Source: an uncultured Acidobacteriota bacterium (GTDB lineage Bacteria > Acidobacteriota > Terriglobia > Terriglobales > Acidobacteriaceae). From it: a stretch of DNA of 64,000 bases. Where the stretch lies: NCBI GenBank assembly GCA_963725945.1, contig CAVSAW010000023.1, forward strand, positions 16,867 to 80,866, written 5' to 3'. Below the pieces are notes generated by a model. That model searched no databases. It was given only the letters and a program-made list of their open reading frames with translations, and was not told where the DNA came from. Position numbers and translations under genes: made by a program. This document shows positions 50,136-60,522 of this stretch, piece by piece; the stretch's first letter is position 1, and the number at the start of each line of letters is the position of its first letter.

Positions 50136-51041
50136 TTACCGGTGCTTGATAAACGATCCGTCCTGCAACTCGCTCATCGCCTGGCGCAGTTCGGCCTGTG
50201 TATTCATCACGATAGGCCCATACCACGCCACAGGCTCCTCCAGCGGCTTACCCGAAACCAGCAGGAAGCGAATCCCCTCCGGCCCCGCCTGGACCACGAT
50301 CTCGTCGCCGCGGTCAAAGAGCACCAGCGAATGGTTTTTCGCGTCGTACTTTGCCTCGGCGTTCGGGTCCACGGCGGACTCGGTCAGCACCGCCTGCGGC
50401 TCCGAAGCATCGCGGAAAGTCCCTGATCCTGCAAAGACATACGCGAAAGCATTGCGCGTCGTCTCCACCTTGATTCGCTTCCGCTTGTTGGGCGGAACTG
50501 AGATATCCACGTAGTTCGGGTCCGCAGCCACGCCTTCCACAGGACCCTTTTTCCCCCAGAACTCGCCGACGATGATGCGCGCCCGCGTTCCGTCATCCTC
50601 CGTCACTTCCGGGATCGCGCTCGAGGGAATGTCCTGGTAGCGCGGATCGGTCATCTTCAACGATGCAGGCAGGTTCGCCCACAACTGGAAGCCGTGCATC
50701 CTCCCAAGCGTGTCACCCTTAGGCATCTCTTGGTGCAGAATTCCACTTCCCGCAGTCATCCACTGCACGTCGCCGGCGGTCATCCGGCCCTTGTTGCCCA
50801 AACTGTCGCCGTGCGCCACTTCTCCGGCCAGCACATAGGTGATGGTCTCAATGCCACGATGAGGATGCCACGGAAATCCAGCCACGTAATCGGCCGGGTT
50901 TTCGTTGCGAAAATCGTCCAGCAGCAGGAATGGATCGAATTCCTTGGTCTTGCCGAAACCAAAGGCACGCTGCAACTTAACGCCTGCACCTTCAATGGTG
51001 GGCTTGGTTTCGAGAATCTGTTTTACCGCGCGAAGCGACAT
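50136..51041 (-). CDS. Pirin-family protein
   Basis: DPFLLLD, GFPWHPHRGIETITY, QWMTAGSGILHQE, GPIVMNT. Confidence 0.95.
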   Translation of the reverse strand: MSLRAVKQILETKPTIEGAGVKLQRAFGFGKTKEFDPFLLLDDFRNENPADYVAGFPWHPHRGIETITYVLAGEVAHGDSLGNKGRMTAGDVQWMTAGSGILHQEMPKGDTLGRMHGFQLWANLPASLKMTDPRYQDIPSSAIPEVTEDDGTRARIIVGEFWGKKGPVEGVAADPNYVDISVPPNKRKRIKVETTRNAFAYVFAGSGTFRDASEPQAVLTESAVDPNAEAKYDAKNHSLVLFDRGDEIVVQAGPEGIRFLLVSGKPLEEPVAWYGPIVMNTQAELRQAMSELQDGSFIKHR

Positions 51042-51070
51042 GGTTGACCTCCAATTTGTCTAACCGCATA

Positions 51071-51101
51071 TTGGATGCGCGAGCAAACTATTCGTTGCAA
51101 C
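51071..51101 (-). promoter_or_regulatory. Conserved promoter/operator element upstream of pirin
   Basis: Minus strand GTTGCAACGAATAGTTTGCTCGCGCATCCAA, matching the yceI element. Confidence 0.7.
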
Positions 51102-51343
51102 GACTAATCTGTCCTTCAGGATCTCGACTCACCCTCTTCTAAACTGCGCTCCGCCTATCATCTGCCATTTGCGCGCCGAATTTACAGCAAATCGTGGTGC
51201 GTAACTCTCTATTGAGGTATTACTTGCATCTTTTCCTTCAGATCCGAGGGCGCGCCGCACAGAAAGCGCCTACACTGTTCTCGGCCATTTAACCGCAAAC
51301 CCTTCAACCTCAATGTTCTTTCAACCCTTGCCGAGGGAGCCGT

Positions 51344-52252
51344 ATGAATCGCCGTACCTTTACCCAGGTCCTTGCCACCGCCGCGCTGGGCGCCACCGCG
51401 CCGTCATTGCGTGCCTCCTCCCCGAGTCCGGCCGCCGAGCCCGAATCTTCCAGCGCGCCGTTTCCGCTCTCCGTCATGCTTTGGACGGTGTTTACCGAAC
51501 TTCCTTTCGCGGAACGGCTGGCCAAAGTTGCCGCCGCTGGTTACAGCAATGTGGAACTCGATGGTGAGTGGGAAAAGTGGTCGACGGCGGAATTGGCCTC
51601 TGCCAATGAAGCACGGAAGCGGCTCGGCATCCAGTTTGATGCAACCGGAGAGTTGCATGGCATTGTCGATGCATCTCAGCACGACGCATTTCTGGCGGAG
51701 TTGATGCGTGCTCTCGTACCGATGGAAGCCCTCGGTTGTCCGGCGATGATTGTGCTCTCCGGAGATGTAGTTCCTCAGATTTCGCGCGAGGTGCAGCACC
51801 AGAACGCAATTGAAGCACTCAAGCAGGCAGCAACGCTTATCGAAGGCCGCACCATCAACGGCCAGCCTGTGCGGCTCCTTCTCGAATGTATCCACCTCGA
51901 AGAGAATCCGCATTACTATCTCACGTCCGCAAACGAGGCGATTGAGATTGTGCGTGCGGTCAATCACCCGCAGGTGCAGTTTCTCTACGACATCTATCAC
52001 GAACAGATGAGCTTTGGACAACTGATCGACAAGCTGGAGAAGCACATCGATGTCATCGGCCTGATTCATATTGCCGACGTGCCGGGCCGTCATGAGCCGG
52101 GTACGGGCGAGATCAATTATGGCAATATCTACCGCAAACTCGCCGAGCTGAAATACAACCATATGGTTGCGATGGAATTTCGGCCGACCAGCGATCCGGT
52201 CGCAACCTTGCGTATGGCGAAGGAGATGGTCGAGCGCACGGCGAAAGCCTGA
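51344..52252 (+). CDS. Hydroxypyruvate isomerase-like TIM-barrel protein with a Tat signal
   Basis: MNRRTF; LYDIYHEQ; HIADVPGRHEPGTGEINY. Confidence 0.85.
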   Translation: MNRRTFTQVLATAALGATAPSLRASSPSPAAEPESSSAPFPLSVMLWTVFTELPFAERLAKVAAAGYSNVELDGEWEKWSTAELASANEARKRLGIQFDATGELHGIVDASQHDAFLAELMRALVPMEALGCPAMIVLSGDVVPQISREVQHQNAIEALKQAATLIEGRTINGQPVRLLLECIHLEENPHYYLTSANEAIEIVRAVNHPQVQFLYDIYHEQMSFGQLIDKLEKHIDVIGLIHIADVPGRHEPGTGEINYGNIYRKLAELKYNHMVAMEFRPTSDPVATLRMAKEMVERTAKA

Positions 52253-52336
52253 TCACGCCGGACCGGTCAGGGCAGACCCTGGCAGCCGCCACAGGCTGCG
52301 GCATAGTCGCCTTTCCGGGCTCTACAATAGTCCGAT

Positions 52337-53365
52337 ATGGCCACGCGCGTCCGATCCCACGCGAAGATCAATCTCGGTCTGGGCATCGGCGCGCCGCGCG
52401 CCGATGGGTTCCACGCGCTGACTACCGTATACCAGACGCTGGAAATCCACGACGTGGTCACGGCGTCGGCTAGGCGAGCGGCAACAACAAACGTCGTTCT
52501 CACTTCCAATGACAGCCGCGTCCCGACCGACGACCGCAATACGGCCTGGAAGATGGTGGTACTGGCCCTGAAGGCGCTGAGCTTGAACGCCGAAGTCGAA
52601 ATCACCATCGAAAAGCGTCTGCCCGTGCAAGGCGGCCTGGGTGCAGGTTCAGCCAATGCGGTTGCAGCATTGGTCGGTTTGGAGAAGGAACTCGACATTC
52701 CATTTCGAGCATTGTTTACCCAACGGCTGACCCTTGCCGCGCGGGTCGGCTCCGATGTGCCTTTGTTTCTTATAGGTGGAACTGTGTTGGGAGTCGACCG
52801 AGGTCAGGAAGTCTACCCCCTCCCCGATATCGAGCCAGTATGGTGCTTGGTAGCCACACCGGCTGTCGGCGTTTCCACCCCGCAGGCGTTTCGCGACTGG
52901 GATGCCCTGTGCACCGCCGAGGGTTTGACCCAGAAGACAAGTGCAGATAAACTGAATGAGTTGAGTCGCGCCTATGCCAGCGCTTTTGCGGGAGGAATCC
53001 CCGAAGGTCGGCAGGGAGCAGGCTCCTCCGGTGTCCTCTCTGTGGGAGAGGACCTGGCCGGACCTCAAGAGTCCGTGCTTGTCCGCACCGGGATCAGTCG
53101 CTGGATCCAGAACGACTTCGAACGAGTCGTCTTTCCCCAGCATCCTTCCCTTGGCGAAATCAAGCGCATTCTTGCGGCTTCGGGCACTCCGGAGGCAGCC
53201 CTCCATGCCTCGCTGTCCGGGTCCGGTTCGGCGCTCTACGGGTTGTACCTGACCCGCGGAGATGCAGATGCGGCCCAGGATCGTTTGCGGGCAGCGGGTG
53301 TCGAGAGCCTCTTGACGCGCACCTTGCCGCGAGCCGATTACTGGGAGCAAATGCTTCTGACTTAG
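52337..53365 (+). CDS. ispE: 4-diphosphocytidyl-2-C-methyl-D-erythritol kinase
   Basis: AKINLGL, KRLPVQGGLGAGSANA, GSDVPLFL, NDFE, LSGSGS. Confidence 0.93.
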   Translation: MATRVRSHAKINLGLGIGAPRADGFHALTTVYQTLEIHDVVTASARRAATTNVVLTSNDSRVPTDDRNTAWKMVVLALKALSLNAEVEITIEKRLPVQGGLGAGSANAVAALVGLEKELDIPFRALFTQRLTLAARVGSDVPLFLIGGTVLGVDRGQEVYPLPDIEPVWCLVATPAVGVSTPQAFRDWDALCTAEGLTQKTSADKLNELSRAYASAFAGGIPEGRQGAGSSGVLSVGEDLAGPQESVLVRTGISRWIQNDFERVVFPQHPSLGEIKRILAASGTPEAALHASLSGSGSALYGLYLTRGDADAAQDRLRAAGVESLLTRTLPRADYWEQMLLT

Positions 53366-53451
53366 GCGTATTGACAGCACGGCTTTGCGGAGAGAGACTC
53401 GCGGACGGCTGTCGAATGCGGAGTCCCAGAATGTCTGGGAATTCGCCGAGT

Positions 53452-53525
53452 TGGGCGATCGTCTAATGGTAGGACAATGCCCTTTGGAGGCATTTGTCTA
53501 GGTTCGAATCCTAGTCGCCCAGCCA
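53452..53525 (+). tRNA. tRNA-Gln (anticodon TTG)
   Basis: Acceptor stem TGGGCGA/TCGCCCA, anticodon arm ATGCC-CTTTGGA-GGCAT, GGTTCGAATCC, encoded CCA. Confidence 0.97.
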
Positions 53526-53583
53526 AGGTTTGCAGTACGGCCCGGCAAGCAGCCAAAGCCAACCAGCTTGGAGGTTCGCGGAG

Positions 53584-54697
53584 ATGGAAGTGGGAACTGT
53601 GACGGAGACGGCAACATTGGAAGACAAGCAGCCGGGCGCTGAGGATGAGGGCAAGGACCGAGCACCAAAGGGGCCCAATCCGGGTGGAACACCGGACCCC
53701 AAGGCGAAAGAGGCAAAACCAGCCCCTGAACGCAAGCGGGCCCGCAGCCTCAGTGAGGACAAGCGCTTCAAGCTCTTTTCAGGCACAGCCAATCGGCCGC
53801 TCGCCGACGAAATTGGAACGCCACATCGGAGTGAAAGTGGGAGAGGCCAAGTTACAGCGTTTTGCCGACGGCGAGGTCTACTTCCAGCTGCTCGAAAACG
53901 TCCGCGGAGTCGATGTGTTTGTCGTACAGCCCACCTGCTATCCGGTGGATCAGCACTTGGTCGAACTCTTGGTCATGATTGACGCGCTCAAGCGCGCTTC
54001 GGCGGCGAGGATCACTGTGGTCGTGCCCTACTACGGCTATGCCCGACAGGATCGCAAAGACCGTCCCCGCGTCGCCATCAGCGCCAAGCTTATTGCCGAT
54101 CTGCTCACCACCGCCGGCGCCAATCGCGCCCTCTTCGTCGACTTGCATGCGGCTCAGATTCAAGGCTTCTTCAATATTCCCGTCGATCACCTCTTCGCGA
54201 GCCCCGTGCTGGTCAGCTACTTCCGGGAACTCAACCTGCCCAATCTCACCGTCGTCTCACCCGACGCAGGCGGAGTGGAGCGGGCGCGCTTCTTCGCGCA
54301 AAAGGTGGGCGCGCCGCTGGCTATCGTCGACAAGCGCCGCACCGACCTGAATGTTGCCGAAGTCATGAACGTGGTTGGCGACGTGGCAGGGCGAAACTGC
54401 CTCATCATCGACGACATCATCGATACCGCGGGCACGCTGGTCAAAACCGTGGATGCCCTTTATGCCAACGGCGCAGCGGCCGTTTATGCCTGCGCCAGCC
54501 ACGCCGTACTTTCAGGTCCCGCCATCGACCGCATCGCAAATTCGCGTTTGGAGCAGGTGATCGTCACTAACACCATTCCCCTGCGCGAAGCGGCACAGAA
54601 GTTGCCCAAGATCAAGGTGCTTTCCATCGCCGGCCTGCTGGGTGCGGCTATCGAGAGCATTCACATGGAAACCAGCGTAAGCACGCTGTTCAACTGA
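53584..54697 (+). CDS. prs: Ribose-phosphate pyrophosphokinase (N-terminal extension; frameshift near 53815)
   Basis: FKLFSGTAN..LA, FADGE, PYYGYARQDRK, DLHAAQIQGFF, VSPDAGG, DDIIDTAGT. Confidence 0.95.
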
Positions 54698-54836
54698 GCC
54701 AGTCGAGCCGGCTAGCCGGGTAGAGGCATAGCCGGTCGGAACGAATCATTCTTAGCTGCCAGCTGAAACTGACGCCACAACAAAGGGAGCGGACCGGAAT
54801 GCGGAGCCGTGCCCGAATAAAGAAAAGAGAGACACA

Positions 54837-55545
54837 ATGCCAGAAGTAGTCGTAGCCAAGCCCCGTGAGGGCAAGTTCAATAAGAACGCCGCGCGACGCG
54901 TACGCGTTGCGGGCAAGATTCCCGCTGTATTGTACGGAGCCGGTCATGATCCGGTGGCCGTCGAGGTCGATCCCAAGCAGATTTCCAGGATCCTCTTCTC
55001 TGAGTCCGGCCACAACACGATTTTCGATGTCGAAGTATCTGGAGCACCTGCGGCCAAGGCCATGATCGTTGACTTGCAGCGCGAGCCGCTCAAGGATCAG
55101 TTGATTCATATCGACATGAAGCGCATAGCCATGAACAAGGCTCTGCAGGTTAGTGTCCGCGTCAAGCTGCTGGGAATTCCGGTGGGCGTCAAGGCCGCTG
55201 GCGGCATCCTCGATCAGGTGTTGCGTGAAGTCGAAATCGAGTGCCTCCCTGCCGACATTCCAAGCCATATCGACGTGGATGTCAGCAACCTGGCGATGCT
55301 TTGCTTCATTGCGAGTCAGCGATTTGCCCCACTCAGACAAGATCAAGTATTTGAATTCAGAAGATGCGACCGTGGCCCATGTGGTCTCGATCCGTGAAGA
55401 AGTGGCTCCGGTGGCCGAGGCTGAAGCAGTTGCTGCCGATGCCACAACAGCCGAGCCGGAAGTGGCAAAGAAGGGCAAAGGTGACGCTGCTGAACCCGCA
55501 GCCGCAGCCGGCGCCAAGAAGCCCGAGGCCGGGGCGAAGAAGTAG
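54837..55545 (+). CDS. rplY: 50S ribosomal protein L25/Ctc (frameshift near 55300)
   Basis: KNAARRVR..GKIPAVLYG, HIDM, G.PVGVK.GG.L, ECLP.DIP. Confidence 0.93.
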
Positions 55546-55548
55546 ACG

Positions 55549-56247
55549 TTGGCCGAGGCAAGCGAAACCCGTCAATCCAGCGAGCCGCAATCGCTCGCTG
55601 GGCAAAAAGAGTCCGACAAACGTCGTGGCCCTTTCTTGGTGGTGGGTTTGGGCAACCCCGGTCCCGAGTATCTGTGGACACCGCATAATGCGGGGTTCAT
55701 GGCCGTTGATCGCATCGCTCGGCAAGAAGGCGTTGTGGTCCAGAACCGGCGATCCAAGGCCGTTACCGCAACCTGCCGTTTGGCCGGTCGCGAAGTGGTC
55801 CTGGCCAAGCCGGAGACATTCATGAACCTGGGCGGGCTGGCAGTCGCCGCTCTGGTGCGGGAGTTTGAAGCGGACCCGGCAAAGGACCTGCTCGTGATCT
55901 ATGACGAGCTCGATCTTGTGCTGGGGACATTCAAGATCAGGGAGCGCGGTTCGCCGGCGGGCCACAACGGAGCCCGCAGCGTAACTTCGTCCCTGGGCAG
56001 CCAGGAGTGGCTGCGTTTGCGGATCGGCGTAGGGCTCGATTTGCCTCCTGAGGCCATTGCGGCTAATGGAGCAAAGCGGCCCGGCAGGGATTACCTGCTC
56101 TCGCCCATTCGCAAGGCGGATTTGACGGTGCTTGACGAGGTGCTGGACCGGGTGGCAACTGCTACACGGCGCATCGTTGAAGTAGGACCGGCAGCCGCCA
56201 TGAACGAATTCAATCGCCGCGAGCGAAACGGCCCGGCGGAAGAGTGA
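55549..56247 (+). CDS. pth: Peptidyl-tRNA hydrolase
   Basis: LVVGLGNPG..Y..T.HNAGF, KPETFMNL, YDELDL, GHNG, RLRIGVG. Confidence 0.95.
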   Translation: MAEASETRQSSEPQSLAGQKESDKRRGPFLVVGLGNPGPEYLWTPHNAGFMAVDRIARQEGVVVQNRRSKAVTATCRLAGREVVLAKPETFMNLGGLAVAALVREFEADPAKDLLVIYDELDLVLGTFKIRERGSPAGHNGARSVTSSLGSQEWLRLRIGVGLDLPPEAIAANGAKRPGRDYLLSPIRKADLTVLDEVLDRVATATRRIVEVGPAAAMNEFNRRERNGPAEE

Positions 56248-56390
56248 GTAGGGCAGGGAACAGGAACGATCGATGAAAGAGTCCAGTGCAGTTCACTCTT
56301 CTCTGTCCACTGAGCACTGAAATTGGCCGCTATGGTGTTTGCCGGCGGCAGCGGCTGGAGTCAGGGGACTCCAGCGGAAAAGGAAACCGG

Positions 56391-56837
56391 ATGTCCCGTG
56401 TGTATGAAGTTATGTTTATCGTTCGGCCCGATGCGGCCGAAGAGGATGTCGACAAGTTGATCGCCGGCTTCACCACCAACGTCACCAATGGCGGCGGGGT
56501 GGTCAAGAACGTCGAGAAGATGGGCCGGCGCAAGCTCGCCTACATGGTGCGCAAGTTCAACGACGGCAACTATGTTTTGCTCACTGTCGAGGCCAACGGC
56601 GCGGTGGTGTTGGAGTTGGAGCGCAGGCTGCGCGTCACTGAGCCGGTGATCAAATTCATCACTGTGCGCATCGATGAGGAAGAGAAGCGCCTTGCCAAAG
56701 TGAAGGCCCTGCGAGGCGTCCGCAGAAAGACCAGCGCCGAACCCGCGGCACCACCGGTCGCAGCACCGCCAGTCGCTGCACTGGTTGCGCCGCCCGCAGC
56801 AGTTGAGCCTGTCGAGACCGTTCAGGCCAGCGCCTGA
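56391..56837 (+). CDS. rpsF: 30S ribosomal protein S6
   Basis: YEVMFIVRPD, MGRRKLAY, ELERRLR. Confidence 0.95.
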   Translation: MSRVYEVMFIVRPDAAEEDVDKLIAGFTTNVTNGGGVVKNVEKMGRRKLAYMVRKFNDGNYVLLTVEANGAVVLELERRLRVTEPVIKFITVRIDEEEKRLAKVKALRGVRRKTSAEPAAPPVAAPPVAALVAPPAAVEPVETVQASA

Positions 56838-56957
56838 GATTTGTCACAAACGGCCATTGCCGGTCCAGCATGTTCTGGGTTATCGGCTGCGGCCCGATCC
56901 AGCATTTCAGCGCCCTTTGCCGGGATCTGAAAGCGAAGAGAATAAAGAGGAAACACT

Positions 56958-57320
56958 ATGTCTGAAGAGACCCATGGCAAGGCGCCCGAGACGGGCGCAT
57001 CCGCAGCACCGCAAGCTTCATCCGGACCGGATTCCGGACCGCCTCGTTCTGGCGGCCGGCCCGCGGGCGCCCGCCCATCCGGCGGCCCCGGCGGTCGCGG
57101 CAAATTCTTTCGCCGCAAGAAGGTGTGTAAGTTCTGCACCGAGAAGATCGATGCCATCCCATACCGGGATGTTCGTCTGTTGCAAGGGTTTGTGGCTGAA
57201 CGCGGCAAAATTGTGCCTCGTCGACTTACCGGGGTGTGCACCACGCACCAACGCCGCCTGACCCGCGCCATCAAGCAGGCCCGGAATATCGCCCTGCTGC
57301 CTTTCGCCACACGGCACTAA
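56958..57320 (+). CDS. rpsR: 30S ribosomal protein S18 (zinc-binding C+ type)
   Basis: RRKKVCKFC...[28 protein letters not shown]. Confidence 0.97.
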   Translation: MSEETHGKAPETGASAAPQASSGPDSGPPRSGGRPAGARPSGGPGGRGKFFRRKKVCKFCTEKIDAIPYRDVRLLQGFVAERGKIVPRRLTGVCTTHQRRLTRAIKQARNIALLPFATRH

Positions 57321-57516
57321 AGAGCGGATGTCGCCAGGCTGTGCCACGCTAACGCATAAGTTGTAGGAGTTAGTCGGGATAATGCCAAAAACTCAGGCGA
57401 CAATGCTCTCGGGACCGTTGTAGAATCCTGCGCGGTGCAACCCCTATCGCGCGTCCGTGTCTAATGAGACTGGGCGCCTGGTTTTGAGCGCCGTCCGCAA
57501 CATTGGAGAATTTGAA

Positions 57517-58014
57517 ATGGAAGTAATTCTGAAGGAAGACGTAGCTAACCTGGGTCACCGTGGAGATGTTGTTAAGGTGGCCGACGGCTACGGCCGCAAC
57601 TTCCTGCTGCCCCGCAAACTGGCGCTGCAGGCCACTCTGGCCAACAAGGCCGTCATTGAACAGATGAAGACCGCTGCTGCCCGCCGTTCCGCTACTGAAA
57701 AGGTGCAGGCGGAAGAACTGCTGATCAAGCTTCAGCATGTTGAGCTGAGCTTTACCCGCAAGTCCGGCGAAAACGGCCAGCTCTTCGGCTCCGTTACCTC
57801 GCAGGATATTGCCAGCGGCCTCGAGGCAAAAGGATTTGAGGTGGACCGCCGCAAGATTCAACTGGCGGAGCCGCTCAAGACCCTGGGTAGCTTTGAGGTG
57901 GCGATCAAATTGCACCGCGAAGTCACCGCGCATGTAAAGGTTCAGGTAGTTGGCGATGCCGTAGCCGAAGCTGCGGCCCCAGAGCCTGTTGCCGAAGCAG
58001 TCGTCGCCGAGTAG
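57517..58014 (+). CDS. rplI: 50S ribosomal protein L9
   Basis: MEVILKEDV.NLG.RGDVVKVADGYGRNFLLP, LFGSVT. Confidence 0.97.
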   Translation: MEVILKEDVANLGHRGDVVKVADGYGRNFLLPRKLALQATLANKAVIEQMKTAAARRSATEKVQAEELLIKLQHVELSFTRKSGENGQLFGSVTSQDIASGLEAKGFEVDRRKIQLAEPLKTLGSFEVAIKLHREVTAHVKVQVVGDAVAEAAAPEPVAEAVVAE

Positions 58015-58035
58015 TTTGTACCTCTTTGAAACCAT

Positions 58036-58062
58036 CCGCCTCCCGGTTTAGCTGGGAGGCGG
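58036..58062. terminator. Hairpin between convergent genes after rplI
   Basis: CCGCCTCCC-GGTTTAGCT-GGGAGGCGG. Confidence 0.65.
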
Positions 58063-58099
58063 TGATCGTTCTTCGCCAGGACTTCAACTGCGAAAACGA

Positions 58100-58648
58100 C
58101 TAAAAGAGATCCTTCTCTGGAGTGCCCCCGCTCAGCACAATCAGCTTCTTGACCGCCTTGGTCATCGTCTCCTGGAACTTCGGCACGCCTTCTATTTCCG
58201 AGAGAGAAAACAAGAGCCGTGCGCGGTTACCTGCCATGCTGGTGTCGACATGATTGTCTTTGTCATAACAGGTTCGTGCCGCTTTTCCACTTACTGAAAC
58301 AAGCGTGAGACGCAGCAGTTTTTCACGCTCCTGGTGCGGGTCGCTGGGGTCGAACACATCCCATACAGTTTCGTTTGCGTTCAGCGCTCCAAGAAATTCA
58401 TCGCAATGGCCGGCAGGTCCCGTAATTTTCAGCACGCTTGACGCTGGATCGAACGTGACATCGACGTTGTCGTTGATCCCGTCCTGCGGGCTGTACGCAA
58501 GAAGCGAACCGCGAATGTACTCAACCAATTCCGACTCAGTGGGCTCGGGCTTGGGTTCGGCCTTCTTCTTGTGCGTCGCCGTTTGCGCACTGCACGCGGG
58601 CAGGATTGCAATGATCGTCGCGGCACAGATGCCTGCCATTCGCGTCAT
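58100..58648 (-). CDS. Secreted hypothetical protein
   Basis: Signal or lipoprotein-like N-terminus; clean ORF. Confidence 0.65.
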   Translation of the reverse strand: MTRMAGICAATIIAILPACSAQTATHKKKAEPKPEPTESELVEYIRGSLLAYSPQDGINDNVDVTFDPASSVLKITGPAGHCDEFLGALNANETVWDVFDPSDPHQEREKLLRLTLVSVSGKAARTCYDKDNHVDTSMAGNRARLLFSLSEIEGVPKFQETMTKAVKKLIVLSGGTPEKDLF

Positions 58649-58766
58649 GATTTGAGTGCTCCTCACCAATGAATGATCTCCAACGATTAAGTCCCTTCCC
58701 CTTGCGCCGCGCAAATCTTGCGGTCGCAACTCACCTTATCGATCCTGTGTGATGCTGGTCCTTGGA

Positions 58767-59660
58767 TCACTCCGTTTGCGGTGAGTATAGCCCGGAAACC
58801 GCAGAAGAGTCCGTAACCATCGCGAGAGGCTTGGTGCGATCGGTGCGCAGGGTGGGAACAGCCGCAAGCAGGCTCCGGGTGTAAGGATGTTTCGGCGCCG
58901 TCAGCAACTCTTCGCTCGGTCCTGTCTCCACCACTTGTCCGCGGCGCATTACCGCCACCCTGCTGGCCACCTGGCTCACCACAGCCAAATCGTGTGAAAT
59001 AAACAGCATCGCCAGTTTATACTCACGCTGAAGATCCGCGAGCAAAGCCAGAATCTGCGCTTGCACCGTCACATCCAGCGCCGTAGTTGGTTCATCGGCC
59101 ACCAGCAGTCGCGGCCTGTTGATCAGTGCCATTGCGATCAGAATTCGCTGTCGTTGCCCCCCGGAAAACTGGTGCGGATAGTCGCCATAGCGCCGATCTG
59201 CATCTGACAAGCCGACACCTTCCAGTGCAGCAATGGCCTTTCGTTTTACCTCGAGTCGGCTCACGGTCGACGCGCACGCCTCGATGCATTCCGCCACTTG
59301 GCGCCCGATTGACATCACAGGATTGAGCGCCGTCATCGGCTCCTGGAATATCATCGCGATTTCCCTGCCGCGCAGCTTGCGGAGCTCACCAGCAGTCTGC
59401 CGAAGAAGGTCCACCGACCCCGCCGCATTGCCATTCTCGAGCCCGCTGTTCCTCCCTGCGGGTTGCCACATGATTTGCCCTGCCACTTGCGCCGCGGGTC
59501 CCAGCAAGCCGAGTATTGCAAGAGCCATCGCGCTCTTTCCAGAGCCCGACTCGCCCACCAGACCCAAAACCTCGCCCTCGTCGAGATGCAGGTTCACTCC
59601 GCGTACCGCCTCGGTAACGCCGAATCGAACTTGCAGGTCGTGGATGTCTAGCAGCGGCAT
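58767..59660 (-). CDS. Peptide/nickel ABC transporter ATPase (DppD/OppD-like)
   Basis: [46 protein letters not shown]. Confidence 0.93.
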   Translation of the reverse strand: MPLLDIHDLQVRFGVTEAVRGVNLHLDEGEVLGLVGESGSGKSAMALAILGLLGPAAQVAGQIMWQPAGRNSGLENGNAAGSVDLLRQTAGELRKLRGREIAMIFQEPMTALNPVMSIGRQVAECIEACASTVSRLEVKRKAIAALEGVGLSDADRRYGDYPHQFSGGQRQRILIAMALINRPRLLVADEPTTALDVTVQAQILALLADLQREYKLAMLFISHDLAVVSQVASRVAVMRRGQVVETGPSEELLTAPKHPYTRSLLAAVPTLRTDRTKPLAMVTDSSAVSGLYSPQTE

Positions 59661-59983
59661 GAGAGCGGTTCTCCAACTTCCTTTGTGTTCCCGACATTAT
59701 GCAAGGCGGCTTCTGCTTGAAGAAGAAGCCACACAGAATCTGCTTCTTCTCCTGCATCGATTCGGGAACCGCTGTAGGCCATCGTAGCCGATTCCGATCG
59801 GCTCCTGCAGAAGCGGCGCAGGGCAGACGAGACCTCTTGTATCCGGATAGCCAGAATTCATTGCGAAATATACAATCGTCCTGTCTCGCGGGCAGGGAGG
59901 CAGGCTCGGTGCTCAGATGGCTTAGGCAACGAGCCGGCAAACCGGCTCATCTCACACGGCAGGATGAAAGGAGAAATCGATCC

Positions 59984-60343
59984 ATGAATTTGAATCGACT
60001 TGCAATTCCCACACTTGCGCTCTTGCTCGGAGCAACCTGTCTGGTCACGGCCAGATCTTACGCCTCACCTCCGGGGCCACCCACCCCCGCCGTAGGTCAG
60101 GACCGCGGTGATTGGGATGTGCCTCCTGGGGAGTTGAACGATCTTCAGCGCCGCGGATTCCATGACGGAATCGAAGGAGCTCGCAAGGACTTCGGCAACC
60201 ATCGCAGGCCCGACGTTGAAAACCGCGATGAGTATCGTCATCCGCATCTTCCTCCCGAAGAGCGTGAGGCCTACCGCGATGGTTTCCGGCGTGGCTATGA
60301 CCGTGCTGCCCACCACCTTTGGGGCGATCCCGACCACCGCTGA
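59984..60343 (+). CDS. Small secreted protein with RxG(F/Y)xxG repeats
   Basis: AGGAG RBS, signal peptide, RRGFHDG and YRDGFRRGY; terminator hairpin at 60363-60390. Confidence 0.75.
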   Translation: MNLNRLAIPTLALLLGATCLVTARSYASPPGPPTPAVGQDRGDWDVPPGELNDLQRRGFHDGIEGARKDFGNHRRPDVENRDEYRHPHLPPEEREAYRDGFRRGYDRAAHHLWGDPDHR

Positions 60344-60522
60344 GACGGTTCGCATAGTGAGGAATACCCGGCGCCTCTGCGCCGGGTATTCTTGTCTGCA
60401 TTTCGCGATTGGCCGGGGTTATCATCCGCGGGATGGGAGTCCCAGGAACCGAAAACCTAATACATAATTCGGGATAGGCCTGACAGGTATTTGCATTCCA
60501 AGCCGTACGCGAAATTGCGCAA

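Noticed and set aside
247..55545. Frameshifts in ICMT, DUF4260, HU, DUF2461, ruvA, DUF4440, dinB, an ECF sigma, GT39, prs and rplY read as programmed frameshifting or mass pseudogenisation
   Set aside because: They hit essential genes, cluster regionally and share no slippery motif. Sequencing or assembly indels are the simplest explanation; read mapping would confirm.
26410..56280. Short AGGGAAC-type heptamer echoes (near 26418 and 56254) and AGCCAAC/AGCTAAA echoes (near 48966-48998)
   Set aside because: Only two or three degenerate units each; too weak to call as repeat arrays.
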